From positions 92,072,001 through 92,136,000 of the forward strand of contig NC_087437.1 in NCBI RefSeq assembly GCF_036321535.1: a stretch of DNA of 64,000 nt, in the 5' to 3' direction. Source of the stretch: Camelus dromedarius (lineage: Eukaryota). This document shows, in pieces, positions 1 through 13,417 of the stretch; position 1 is the stretch's first letter; each line of letters opens with the position of its first letter. Below the pieces are notes generated by a model that was not told where the DNA came from, did no database searches, and was given only the letters and a program-made list of their open reading frames with translations. The position numbers and the translations under genes are program-made.

Positions 1-584
1 AAATTGCTCAAAATTAATACTGGAGTAAAATTGGGGAGAATAACATAAACCAGAAGGTAAAATTATGGAGAAATGAAGTGAAGGGAATTGAGTTAATAAA
101 TATTCACTGTTGCCTAGAGAAAAAAAGTAGTAAGGACAACATGGGTTAGCTATCTGTAATTTTTATCTATGGTGTGTTACTACTATCTAAAAATTTTTAC
201 ATTTATATTAAAATATTCTCTGTTATCTCCACTAATTTTTACAAAACTTAGGTGGTGGATAAATTTACATTTTAGTTCATAGATAACAATATAGTAACAT
301 AAGATCCTAAAGTGATGTGAGGGAGAATGGAGAATTGGCTTGGAAATAACTGATAACCTTTAAAGTTGAGGAAAGAGTGCATTTTTGTTGGTACTAGGTA
401 ATGGTATATTATATTTTAAATATTTCTGGAAGAAAAATTTCTAAAGTGTTGAATTATAGTGACTCTTTTATTACTCAGGGACCTGAAGATCTGAAACTAC
501 TTTTCATTAAGAAATTTTCCACACTACTGGAATCTGTTGTACGTAAAATCTATATTCCACTATCAACACGAAAAAGGACAGATA

Positions 585-1015
585 ACTACTTTCTTATCCT
601 TTCTTGAAGTTAGGGCATGGATATACCTTGCACCTCTTAGACATGGCCAGACATATTCACCTTGGACAATATGGGGTATATGTTTCCATTAAGAAGGAAC
701 AATGAAGCATCTTTTCAGACAGGCACAGCAATATCCAGCCTCTAGAATCCAGCAGAAGTGGTCATAAAGCCAGTATCTAACGTCCAGGATTACTGGCGGC
801 GACCATGCAGTTGCCAGATGTTATGCTCAGCAATGGTGGCAGTGTTCTCTCTGGGCTCCCTTTGTGGCATGCTCTTGTCTGCGCTGGTTGCTTTGCCTCC
901 CTGTGATTATATTCATTTACTGATTTCCATTCTTCTGTCTCCTAGAGTCAGGATTTGTTTTCTACTTAAGTCAGGTAGCTTACTGGTTTTGCTTGCAATT
1001 AAGAATGCTGACTGT
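585..1015 (+). mobile_element. Degraded MaLR LTR (old MLT1 group)
   Basis: 5' 'ttcttgaagttagggcatgg' and 3' 'ggttttgcttgcaattaagaatgctgactg' resemble old MLT1J/K-type LTR motifs. Boundaries approximate. Confidence 0.45.
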
Positions 1016-1019
1016 TAGG

Positions 1020-1480
1020 AAATATATAGAATGGGAAGAAGAAAATCTTCACAGAAATAAAGTCTGAGCACTGTCTCGAATAGGGGAAAGATTTGAGTTT
1101 TCAAATTAAAAGATTACACCAAGTTCCAAGCTGGAAATACAAAAACAATTTCACCTGAGATGCATCAGACTGAAATTATAGAATATTAAAAACCAAAAAA
1201 AAAGGTAAAGACTTCTTTAAAAATACTGAAAGAATGAGAGATTTCTCATTTATAACAATAGATTCCAGAAATGATAGAATAATGCATTCAAAATAATATA
1301 TTCAAAATAACTGTCAATCTAGAATTTGATTCCCATTTTAACAGCCATTCAAGAATGAGAGGAATTATAGCCTTTTTTTAAGACCAAAATTATAATGTTA
1401 CTCCTCATAGGCCTTTATCAAGAAAATCACTATAATACAAACTTCAGAAAGAAGAAAATTAATACAGAAAGAGTGATGAT
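1020..1480 (+). mobile_element. Ancient L1 ORF1-like / HAL1-like fragment
   Basis: A-rich stretch with 'gatttctca..acaatagattccagaa..gaataatgcattcaaa..aataactgtcaatctagaattt', similar to the L1 ORF1 C-terminal region. No open frame. Confidence 0.55.
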
Positions 1481-1713
1481 TTAAAAAATTATGATAGACA
1501 AAAACTAACATAATGTGGTAAATAAGTATTCACTGCAAAAATTAAAAAAAAATGGTAATCCGTGTCTACTTTAAAAATGTTTAAAAATAATATACATTCT
1601 AGAGTGCATCTAACTTAAGTGTATTTTGATGCATTTTTAAAAACTTATAATGGTCCATACCAACCAGAACAATCAAGACAAAGTCCCTTTGTGTCCCTTC
1701 CTCGTCAGGTCCT

Positions 1714-2113
1714 GTGTAGTGACAAAATATGCTGCCTAGCTCCTTCAGGAGAACAAGTTACAGGGAGCACGGCTGTCTCCTCTCTAGATCCATACCTCTA
1801 CTCATGGCTGTAGCCTCCAGATTCGTACATGCATTCATGACAAGACTGTGCTTCCAGCAGGCTACTCCCAGCAAAGCATCAAGCACTGCAGACGTGCTAA
1901 TGTTGGCCCTTATTGAAGGCTGTGGGACTCCTCCAGCGATGTTCACAACAGCCTGGCCACAAATGAGCTCAGAGCTGCAGTCATCTGAGACTCTTCCTAC
2001 CTACGCTGCCTACAACTTCTCCCTACCCTTAGTTTTTGCAGGCATTTCACCATAAATCTCTAGCATATTGAATCTCACTTGGTGTGTGCTGCTCAGAGGA
2101 TTCAAACTGACCC
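1714..2113 (+). mobile_element. ERVL solo LTR, LTR16-like
   Basis: Locally GC-richer. The end 'cataaatctctagcatattgaatctcacttggtgtgtgctgctcagaggattcaaactgaccca' matches the LTR16-type 3' end (polyA signal ...aactaacaca). Confidence 0.7.
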
Positions 2114-3530
2114 AGGTCCTAAGGACAGTGGCCCAAGAAAGTTTATAAAACATGGTTTTGAGCCATGTTTAGATTTGCTTTCTATCATTTTAGACTTTCA
2201 TATAGATATAAAATTTATATTATTGAATATGCTTTTTTAAAATGATGCATGCTACGTAATCCCAACATCTCAGATACTGATAAACCCACATACTGCTCCC
2301 CAACACACCTGGAGGGGGTCTCTTCCCCCAATGCACTTGACGGTTAAGAATGATTCCAGTTGAGACATTTCCTTCAATGAAAGTAGTGACTAAGTAAATA
2401 AATGCCACTTTTAGTGTAACAGTAACACCTGAAATAATTTTATGACAATTAATTTTAAATGACAGAACTACATTTTCGTTTTATTTTTTTTCCCACTTGG
2501 TTTTTAAAAGCCAGATCATTTTGTCTTGCTTTTTCTCTGCTATTATTGGTTACTGTTGCAATGGACAATGAATCACCAGAGAAGAAAACACTGTGAACTC
2601 ATGTTCAAAGCTGGATGCATATGTAGATTTTACATAAGCTGTTGATTTGGTATTAGTATCTAATAATTCTGGAAAGCAATTTATTCAACAGTTTGTTTTT
2701 TTTTTTTTTGACAGTCTATATTGACACTTGAGTTTTAGGGTTTTATTATTCTTTTGTTTAAGGCTTTTTTTTTTTTTTTTTTTTTGTATATAAGAAGTAA
2801 ACTGGAAGTCAAAGCATTGTAAGTCATTCTAAAAATTTATACCCCAGAACAAAGTAGAAGCCTGGAGAGAACAAAAGAGCACTATTTGTTGAGCAAGAAG
2901 GAGCTTAAATAAGGTGGGTAAAGGAGTTTAGAAGTGAGGCAACAATGAAACAATATTAACAGCAATAATAGAAATATCATTAGTTTGTTTAGTACTGGCC
3001 CTTTTTGTCCTTTATGTTATCAAAAGTAAATTTGCAGCTTCTAAAAAAATGTTTTGAAGATTGCTATTGTTTTATAAGAATAACTTTGTTTCCATTTAAG
3101 CATTTTTTTTTTTTTTGGTTGAAAAGCATGTCTTTTTAGTTACTGAAAAAAAATTTACTGAAAGAAAATGTCTCTACTTCTTAAATTGTTTTAAGTTCAA
3201 AATGTACTCTAAAACAGCTAATAAATACCGATATTCATTTTATAGTTAGACACAGTATATTGCTTTTCATAAAAGAGTTGGGGTCTCTGATGATAAATGC
3301 TGCAAAAATAGTTCATGTTCAGGCTAGAGCAAACTTGGCAGTAAAGATTAAACTCACATTATACTAGAAAGCAAGGGATTTCAACTTGAGCCTCAAGCAA
3401 CTGGAAGTTCTAGTTAGAAATGTGTCAGTAAGATTAAATAGTTCAGGTTTTCCTCTGGGTAACGTGGACAAGACTGAATTTTCAAACATACTTTATTGTG
3501 AAAGAACAGTAGTTGATATTGGAAAGTAGC

Positions 3531-3652
3531 TTTCATTCAATAAATACTAATAAGGCTATTTTTATGTGCCAGGAACAGTTCTAGGTTCTAGGCTTAGAGC
3601 AGTAAACAAAAACAAAAAAGCCTTTCCACTATGAAGCTTATATTCTAGCAAG
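3531..3652 (-). mobile_element. L2 3' end
   Basis: 'ttcattcaataaatac...tatgtgccaggaacagttctagg...gcagtaaacaaaa...atgaagcttatattctag' is the reverse of the typical L2 tail. Confidence 0.85.
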
Positions 3653-4684
3653 TCAACTTCTAAGTCAAGATTTACAAATTTCCAGTGTACGGAACTTCAA
3701 ACATAAATTTAAATTTGGGTAAATTTAAAACCTATTCTCGAGGCCTTGGTGAAAATATGACTCTTGTATTTTTCATTTTAAAACCAAAAAGTTCCTTCAT
3801 TTTTAAACAGAATTAGGTATCACTCAAACAAAAAATAAAACTTCTTCAGAAATGTTTTATCATCTGTGTTTCACTGTAATTGACTAAATTATAACTTAGT
3901 ATTTTTTAAAAAGTACTGTAAAATGCAGAACTAAAAAGGAATTCAATAAGAACAATATATAATTCAAAATTCCTGTATCACCTAGTGAATATTTTGAGAT
4001 TATCAGTTCATTTTTATTTCTTCAATATTATTATTATTCTAAATTGCTATAATTTTTCTGAACAATCAACTGCTATGTTCCATGCAAATCATCTAAATTA
4101 GTACTAAAACCTAGTAATTTTAAAAGAGTCCATTTACAGAGCAGATTGTCAATGAGTAATAGTAAAATTTATAATTAAATCACTGCATTGGTGGCAGATT
4201 TTTTTTCAAAAAAATATTAAGCCTCATAGTTTTAATAAACTTTACTTATAGACCTTAGGGTAATTTTCCATTCTAGGTAACTCTGTAGTGTCTGAGTTCA
4301 TATACTGGACTTTGACAGGACTTTACTTGGACAAGGGATATGGACTGTTCAATTCATGAGAGGAAAAACTATATTATTTGCAACTGTCATTATTAGTTTC
4401 TGATTAATAATGGGTTATATTTATTTAAATATCAGTTTATGAAAGTAAATAAGTGAATATTTAAAAAATAATTTGAAACTATAGAAATAGAGGCAAAGAA
4501 TGAATGAGTATATTTCACTGCAGAAATATTGTTCCAGTGTAGTCTGATTTTGAGATCATTTATACACTATACCTAAAAGCCTTTCTAAGTCAGCTGGTAT
4601 GGTTAATGATGGAGTTTAGACTTAACTCTATGCGTCCTTGCTTCTCTGGTTTTCATTTAGACCTTTAACATCATTTCAGCACAA

Positions 4685-4860
4685 TTGTTTTGGTTCAGCA
4701 CCTTCTTACTAAGCAGCTCAGAATTTCCACCAGGGTCCCTGTGGGCTCAGTGCTGGACCTACTCAAATTTCTTTGATGAATAACCTTCTGGTAAGTGTGA
4801 CTTGTATAGCAAACGCACACTTATTTATGGCTGACATAGTCTTGTGTCAAAAGAACATGA
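4685..4860 (+). mobile_element. Probable CR1/L3-type (non-LTR) reverse transcriptase remnant
   Basis: 'agggtccctgtgggctcagtgctggacctactc..ttt..atgaataacctt' translates RVPVGSVLDLL..F..MNNL, like the RT motif GVPQGSVLGPLLF.IF.NDL. A degraded FADD-like 'tttatggctgacata' follows. Confidence 0.5.
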
Positions 4861-5419
4861 AATTGAAGTTATAGTTAATAACCTGCCACTTGGTATTATA
4901 CCTGAATTTTTGCTCTTTTGCAGCTAAGGTTGTACGAGTATTTCCATTAAAAATTGATTTTCAGTGGTTTGTAACTTAACTGCAAATGACCTGTCCACGA
5001 GAGATGAAAACTGATATATGAGTGCATCCCTTAGGAGCCAATGCATAATTAAATTTGCATGGTTGTTTTAAAGTTAAATCACAGTAGGTTAAGGGTGATA
5101 TAAAAAAGCCATGAGTTTAGGGGAATATTGTAAATTAAATTTAGGCTGGATTCCTTTCATTTTTAATTAGCAAATACTATTAATTTAAATAATCATTTTG
5201 ATTTCATAGAGATTATAAAAATATCAAAGTGCCTAACATTTTTGCCTTTAAGAATGTATAAATTCAACCACTTGTTAACTCCCAAAATTAGGAACATTCT
5301 ACAAAAAAAATGCTTTGGATTTTGTTGTTAACATTCACTTTAAATAAATGCATCGTATTATTTATAACTTTAAAAAGCATTTTGTTATAGAGCCAATAAT
5401 CATCAATTACTTTCTCTTC

Positions 5420-6500
5420 ACAAGATGCTGTACATTGAGAGTTCAAAAATAAATGATACTGTGTCTGCCTGGAGGCACTAACAGTCTATCACGGTAGGAA
5501 AGAAAAGAGCACATACCAGTATATAAATGGCAAAGGCAGAAAGAAGTGGTCTCAGAAGAGGAAAGAAGGGCTAGAAGTTGAGGGTAGAGGATTTCAACTA
5601 TTTGTCCATGAAACAAGTGAATTTGGAGAGAATAGCATTAGCAAAGCCATAGAAGGGGGTGTGAAGCATGTTTTCAAATTATCCAGGGACATATTACAGG
5701 AAAGGGAGAATCAGGATAAAAACCAGGCTTAGGGCTACAACTTTATCTCTAGGCAGTAAGATACCACTGACTGCTTTTAACCTGAACACTGTCAATGTAG
5801 GAAGACTATCTGAAGAAGATTAATCTGGAAAATAATGTAAACTGGCATGACTGCGTTTTGTCTGAGAGTGTTGACTCAGGTCGGACTCCTGGGCTTCCAT
5901 CCCAGCAGCAATATTCCCTTTCTCTCTGAGATTGGGAAAGCCTTTTATCTCTCTGCTCTGCAAGTGGTTTAACACTGAACTGCACATAAAAGATGGTAAA
6001 ATACAGTACCTCTCTTGTGAAGTTGTAAGCATTAAATGAGGGAACACACATAAGCACGTGGCATTGTGCTTAAATACATGATAAATACCAGCTGTTATCA
6101 AGGTGAATAAAGAGAAAAAAAAAGTAAGACAAACAATTTGGAAATAAACATAATTGTTCAAGATAGAATTTCCAATGAGCTTGAATGAGAGTTTTAATCA
6201 GCAGGAATCAAAATAAAATTATGCATTAAATATATAAAGTGTGAAGGTGAAATAAGCAAGGCTGGGAAGTAGGGTGGATTTGAGTGATGAGAGAATTGTG
6301 AGCAAAATAATTATTTCCAGATTTCAAGCCTGGATGACTGGGAGTGTGAAGGTAGTTTTATGGTCATAAAAGGGACACCATTAATCATAATGTTATGGTT
6401 AAAGGATGAGCTTAAACATAAATGTTAAAGCTCCATGTGTTCATTGGATATATAACTATCCAGAAGGTGGTTGTAAATATGATGAGGAACTTTAGCATAA
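5420..6500 (-). mobile_element. L2 fragments, interrupted by a MIR
   Basis: Reverse L2 motifs: 'tgtctgcctggaggcactaacagtcta', 'gcagtaagataccactgactgcttttaa', 'ccagatttcaagcctggatgactgggag'. Confidence 0.6.
5862..6097 (+). mobile_element. MIR SINE
   Basis: 'gactcctgggcttccatcccagc...gggaaagccttttatctctctg...cagtacctctcttgtgaagttgtaagcattaaatgag' follows the MIR core and tail. Confidence 0.75.
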
Positions 6501-6944
6501 AGCGTCCTTTAAAATATGTAAGAACAAAATTTAAATTTACAACTGCAATATATGGAAATGCACAACCACCATTTTAATTCTTCATTGCTCATGTTCATAA
6601 TCCTTACGTTATAACACACATAAATAAAAGTGGTAGGCAAATCTTAAAAACTGTTTTAAAATATATATGTATAATACCAAAGATTACCATGTAAATCATC
6701 ATATTTTTAGTCAATTGGAAATATATAAATAACTCACAAAATTTGGGAGGATGACAATATAACGTATAAAGATGAAATACAGTTTAAACAACACATAGCC
6801 AAAAAAAGAAATCTTTGAATTCCTAGACACACAAAAAAATGCAAAGCAATGTGATATGTTTACATATGCAAAACTTAAAAATGATCATCTTCAATAAATA
6901 ATATCTAGAATTATCAAGATTATAGGGAAATCAATATTCTTCTC

Positions 6945-7319
6945 CAGGTGGTCTAGGGGCTACGTGCTCATGGCCATCATTGAGTTAGCTTCTTTCATTT
7001 GGTGGGGATTTTACTATCTGTAAAATAACTCAGGAGTATGCACTGGATACTGTTATCTATGCAATTCAGGGAAGAATTAAAGATTCTGTGATTGCCACAG
7101 GGATGATTTATTGTTTAAATTGTTACCAGTTCTCCTGGCAAACTGTTATTTTTGTCACTAAATTTCCAAATCCTTTCAATCGTTAATTCTTGAGCCAAGT
7201 TTTTGTGATTCAAGGGAGATCTGGGAGACTACAGCTTTTCTATAAACAAGAAGCAGGCAGGGAACATGAGGGGGAGGAGTCTGTCCTGGGAAGACCCCCT
7301 AGGGTCAGGCTGGATTACA
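6945..7319 (-). mobile_element. ERV1-type LTR, partial (laurasiatherian/cetartiodactyl type)
   Basis: The right end reads TGTAATCCAGCCTGACCCTAGGGGGTCTTCCCAGGACAGAC on the minus strand, a typical LTR start. The left end appears truncated. Confidence 0.7.
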
Positions 7320-8043
7320 TTGCTATCTTGCTTTATGCAGCAAATGTGAGTCCTCTAAATTATTTTCTGTAAGCTTAATTTATTTCCCAGCACCAGTTTT
7401 TGAAGAATATTTTCTTTAAGACATATCTTGAATTCATCCCTTATTTCCCATTATGAGTCTTACCACCAAATTTAGGTGTTCTTAACTAATGATGATTGCA
7501 AGTATTTTTAAGCTTTTCTTCACCTCTCTAAAATGTCCCTTATCCAACATATTCCTCATTCTTTTCCAAGAACAATATTTCAAAAAATTCACAATGCTTA
7601 AATAATGCATTCTTCTTAATAACATGTGTGTTGTTAAGGGAGGAACCAAGAAGTATCAAAAAAGGGAAGATTCATTCTTTGGTTTATTTATTACCTTAAG
7701 AGACTAATAATTATAAGAATAGTGGTGATATTTTTAATAATAATATTATTATTACTGAAAGAGTTATTTAGCCCTTTCTTCCTGTAGAAATTAACAATGA
7801 GTAAGAAGTAGCCACTGACCAAAAAATTATGGCTAACAAACCCAAACACATAGATAAGTTTCCTTTGCTATAATCAACTGCAATCTTGCAGTACATATTG
7901 ACTAAGCTAAATCTAGTCACTTTCTTTGATGGCAGATAGTGGTGAAGCAGGGAGAAAAGCCAGCCAATCATTAACGAGAGAACAAGTACAAAGAATAAAA
8001 CTTCAATGAACAGAACAAATAAAAACAATGAACAACCACCAAT

Positions 8044-8061
8044 CACACACACACACACACA
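8044..8061. repeat. (CA)9 microsatellite
   Basis: Direct read. Confidence 0.95.
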
Positions 8062-8364
8062 GATGAATTAAATGAAACTCAACGTGGAATGAATTCCACA
8101 TCAATGTTTAGTAACTATTGCCCATCTAACAAAATATAGTGTAGTGGGATGCCTGCAGAAAGTGAAATATGCAGGAAGTGTATGTAGTAAAATGCATTAA
8201 GAAATAAGATAATTGAGAGATAAGAAATATATATGGAATTGCTATAATTTTCTTGTAGAAATTGTAGTGAATGGACATTAAATAAATGCATGGGGGTTAA
8301 TGAACCATGATTATACCAATGGATGCCAGAAAATAGAATAAGTCACAGTGACAGAATAGAGATG

Positions 8365-8530
8365 AATGGTATAGAAAGCAGACAAGTTGAGAAACAAGAA
8401 AACCTGAGTTCTGCTTCACTGCATAGTCACTGCATGACCCTGGGGAATTACCATTCCCTCTTTGAATATCTACTTACACACCTGTAAGGTAGAATATTAA
8501 AAAAAAAAAGTTTTACCTATCCACAAGGTA
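8365..8530 (+). mobile_element. MIR SINE fragment
   Basis: 'atagaaagcagac..gaaaacctgagttct..gcatgaccctggggaattacc..cacctgtaag'. Confidence 0.6.
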
Positions 8531-10715
8531 AATTCGGGAGTATGGAATTAACTCCAAGCCTAATTCCAAGCCCCACAGCGATGTCACAGCCAGGACAGGG
8601 TCTAGGTTGTTCTTACTCCACAGTCTATGCTCTTTCTATTACTGTAAACCACAGTGACTGAAGCAGCAAGAAGGAAAAGTTTAAGTGGACTTTACTGATT
8701 GATCACCTGGCCATTGGCCAAGGTGTCCGGGTATTCACTTCAAATGTTTTAGATATGAAAGCTCAAACATCTCATACTTCCTTATTATCCCCTATAAACT
8801 TGTTACTGTTTTTGTTTTTGTACTGCTTACCATGGTATTTTGGTGTCTCTGTGTGTGTGTGTGTTTGTGTGTGCACGCGCATGACTAGTCTTTTCAATGT
8901 ACTCAGGAAATTTGCATGCAACTAAACTTTACATGGAGTGAAAATCATGTGTGAAATTACTTGACTTTAATCAGTTGGGTTTAGCTGTAAGTCTCATTTT
9001 AATTATTTGCATTTTCTTTCAGTACTAAACCTGCCAATTGTAAGACCTGGCTTGTTATATTATACTTCTGGATAGTTAACTCTTATTCCAGATTTCAATT
9101 TTATTATTAACCTGTCAATATCAATAATTGGTTCTTTGTATTTTAAGCGTGTTATTTGACATGTGGCATAAAATAGTGTCAACGTATTTCCCTTCACACC
9201 ATCATAGCTACCATCTCTCTATTTTAAGTTAAAAAATTACAATTATTCTATGGCCAACTCTTTGCACTAAGCCCTATAACTAGGATGCTCCAATAATTAA
9301 AATATTCTAGAAACAAAATCTATAGTGTATCCCTGATATGTTTTCTGTTATTACTGTATCTAAAAAGAAACAATATCAAGTCACTTTATTTTCCACCCTA
9401 AGAGCATTTTGTTTCTTCCCTCTATCAGTTCCTCATTGTATTATCTGTCTAGTCATTTGCCCTTTAGACTTAACCTGATGTGGCTAAAATATCTCCAACT
9501 GGTAAAAAAATATTTTGCTTTGGGATAATCTTCAAATCTTCCTATATATTGATTTATCTTCTTTTGAAATAGATAATAATACTTGACTAACTTGCGTGGC
9601 CAGCAGGCTTCTTTGACTTTACTAAGGTCTTGGAGGCAATGGAATGCAAAAAGAAGTTGAAATCCAGGACATTATTACTGTTGTTATGCAGAAAAATGAT
9701 ATTAAAATACAACTGTATCTTTACGCTTCCCCTGGGCCATTGTCCTTTATGTTTTCACTTTATTCACTCTTCTCTGTGTTAGGCTGCCATGAATATAAAT
9801 TTCATAGGAGATCAAAGGCTACTAAGCACAATGTGTGTGCTTGAAACACCCCCTGTAAGGCAAGAATTAGTTAAGCTTTTTGGTCTCCTCCTCCTAAATT
9901 TATATAAAAGTCTAATCCTTTGGTAACTATATTTTATTTTCATGGGAATAGGACTTGGTCGGCATATGTATAACTACATGAAGATACTGAATGTGTTGGA
10001 AAGATAAAATATGTTAGCTTAAAATCTAATTTTTCACATGAATTATTTGCCTTAGTAGAGTGGACGGTGCTTTCTTAAATCATGCATGACAGAATTTTAT
10101 TTTCTCTTTTCAGCCATTTACAATAAATGTTTTGTCTTGTAATGGTTTCAATGTCTTTCTAAGTGTAAAATGCAATTTAAAAAATACATCTGAGAAAGGA
10201 AAGTTTATGGACGTGCATATTTTTAGGTTACATTTTGACCCACATTTTCCAGAGATAGTACATGACATTTTGTTATTCCCTTGGTTTCCTTTCAGAGCAA
10301 TGGGTCTTGATTACTTGGAACAAAGTGATACGATTTTGTGGAAAATCAGTTGCCATGTTGCTTGGATAAGGACAGCAATCTCTTCAGCCTCCTGAGACTT
10401 TCCAATGAGGTTAAAATGTGCCTACAGATGTCAGAAGCATGTATACAAATTAGTTAGGGAAGGAAGACAGTGAGAAAAATGTGCAAAGAGCCATATGGTC
10501 ATAGACTCTAGAATTTAACATTAGCAATTGTTTTGCATGCTACAAGTTTTATAAATTTCACACGGATTAATATAACGATGTATACTATAAATGAACACAA
10601 AGGCATGCAGTTAGTAATTGATTTCCTTTTGTGTTTGACATTCAATAATTTGAGGTCAGAAAGAAGTGTTTATCCTTTCAGGAAGAGAAAAAAAGCAATT
10701 GCTGTAAATTTACTG

Positions 10716-11352
10716 TTTTTTTTTTTCTCTTATGTATTATTTTGACATGATTTCAAATTTATAGAAAATTTCAAGAATAGTTCAAAGCATTGCATTAATT
10801 TCCTCCCCCCAGTGTTAATATTTTACTATATTTGAGACTAAGTTGCAGGTATAGTGTTCCTTTACCCCCAAATATTTCAGTATATATTTTCTAAGAGCCA
10901 GGATTAATAACATAAAGCTCTGACACATTATCACAGCACAAGCAACAATTTCCGGAAATTAACCTCAATATGGTGCTATTATCTAATATACAGATATTAT
11001 TCACATTTCACCAGTTGTCCTAATAATGCGCTTTTGGAGCCAAATAAAATGCAGGATCATGTATTGCCCTCAACAGTCATGTCTCTTTAGTCTTTTAATC
11101 TGGAATAATTACTCAATTGTTAATTCTATCCCATGGCATTGACACTTTTGAAGTGCACGGACCATACATTTTATAGTGTCCCTTAATTTGGGTTTGTCTA
11201 TTTTATCATAATTCGATTCAGGATAAATAGTTTTGTCAGGAATACTTAAAAACAGTATTGTGCTCCTCTCTCAGGAAGCATATGAGGTTAACTTGTTCCA
11301 TTTCTGGTCACTGGGTTAAGATGGTACCAGGTTTCTCTGACATAAAGTTAAC
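10716..11352 (-). mobile_element. Old L1 3' UTR (L1MC4/L1MC5-like)
   Basis: Poly-T, then 'ttcaaatttatagaaaatttcaagaatagt', 'cctttacccccaaatatttcagt', 'cacatttcaccagttgtcctaataatg', 'gtcatgtctctttagtc' and 'ttgacacttttgaag'. Confidence 0.8.
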
Positions 11353-12537
11353 TGTAAAGGTCTCTGCACATGGATTGTTTGGGTGTAAATTTTGCCCTAT
11401 CCTCCCTCCCTGCTGCTAAAGTCTTACCTGGTTTTATACAAAGTATGTGTAAAAGTAAGGTACAACAAATATATATTTTTCAGAGTAATAGTGTGCTGAG
11501 GTACAGAAAAAAAGAAAAAAAAATGAGAGAAGGAAGGAAGGAAGAGAGGGAGAAAGAAAAGGAGAAAGAAAAAAATTGGCTTTGGCTTCAAGTAAATTTG
11601 TGCTTAGAATTTTGTTTTGTTATTTATTCTGAGCTTGTTTTGTCTTCTGATACATGAGGATAAGATTTTTTTTCCATTCCTTGATTGTCTGTAGATTAAA
11701 AAAGCAATGCTCATGGTCATATATTAGCTATCATAACTATTGTGAGCTTTGATCACTAACCAAAAATAATTAGGTGAAATTAGTACAAATTTATATTTGA
11801 ATCCAGAGGAGGCAAAGCGACTTGCAAATTTGATATCTATTTAAGATCATATTAGTTGTGACATCATTGGCTCTAATAATTCAAGCTGGAAAACATACGT
11901 GTCTTGAGCAGAGTCTACTGACCATTACTTAAAAAACTCTCTTCTGCTGATCTGACCTGTTGAAATACACCAAAATCTGTAATTCTTTCCATACTTCATG
12001 TTATTGAATTGTCAAATTTCATGAGAAATATCTTGCAGCCATGAAAGATAGTAACGTTCAATATCTTCCTTCACTTTATAATTTTCATGTTAGCACTTCA
12101 GAAAAAGAGAGATGGTACACTGCTTTTAAAGTAATCTCATCTTCAATTATAAAAATACTAAAAACATAAATATTATTTCAAAAGTAATAGAATAGAAGCC
12201 CAAAGTAACAAAATTGAAAAATATGCAGGTGGACCCTATTTTAGATTTCAAAGAAAAAGGTATAGAACATGTGCATTGTTAAGTGATAATAAGTAAGAGA
12301 GATACATTCAGTTCCCAAGAAATCTTTTTTATTATCTTAACTAAAATTAGCAAATGCATCACACCTCTTCATTACAGTTTAGATCATCCAATATTTTAAT
12401 TTTGGTGCATTTAATTTTGTGGATTCTCCTGTACAAATTAATTTTTTAAAAATTTAAAAAAAATTAATTTGTACAAAAGAATTTAAAGAAATAGAATATA
12501 TGATTATTGTAGTGGTGTTTATTCTAGAATTCCTCTG

Positions 12538-13296
12538 GTGGAGAAAAGGGAACCCTCCTATACTGTTGGTGGGAATGTAGTTTGGTGAAGTCACTATGGA
12601 GAATAAATGGTGATTCCTCAAAAAACTAAAAATAGACTTACCATATAACCCAGCAATTCTACTCCTGGGCATATATCCTCAAAAAGCTACATGTACCCCA
12701 ATGTTCATAGCGGCACTATTTACAATAGCCAAGACATGGAAACAATCTAAATGTCCAATGACAGATGACTGGATAAAGAAGCTGTGGTGTATTTTATAAT
12801 GGAATATTACTCAGCTATAAAAAAAGAATAAAATAATGCCATTTGCAGCAATATTGATGGACCTGGAGATTATCATTCTAAGTGAAGTAAGCCAAAAAGA
12901 GAAAGAAAAATACCATGTGATATCACTTACATGTGGAATCTAAAAAAAAAAAAAAATACACAGATGAGCTTGTTTACAAAACAGAAACATATTCATAGAC
13001 ATAGAAAACAAACATGGTTATCGGCGGGGGAAGAGGGTGGGAAGGGATAAATTGGGAGTTCCAGATTTGCAGATACTAAGTACTATATATAAACTAGATA
13101 AACAACAACTTTCTTCTGTATAGCACAGGGAACTACATTCAGTATTTTTTTTAATTGATGTATAGTCTTGTAGTAGCCTATAATAAAAAGAATACGAAAA
13201 CAAATATATGTATGTATATGTATGACTGAAACATTATGCTTTCCACCACAAATTGACACAACATTGTAAACTAACTATACATCAATTAAAAAAAAA
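12538..13296 (+). mobile_element. 5'-truncated cetartiodactyl-type L1 (ORF2 C-terminus, 3' UTR, polyA) with 13-bp TSD
   Basis: Starts 'gtggagaaaagggaaccctcctatactgttggtgggaatg' (ORF2 cysteine-rich region) and ends 'actatacatcaattaaaaaaaaa'. TSD TAGAATTCCTCTG at 12525-12537 and 13297-13309. Confidence 0.97.
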
Positions 13297-13417
13297 TAGA
13301 ATTCCTCTGAAGCAAAAGACAACTCTCTGTTGAATTACGTGCAGAGTAAAAGTTATTGTAAAATGTATCAAAATGCCAGAATTTCACATATATTTTTCAA
13401 CGCTTACTTGAGGACAC

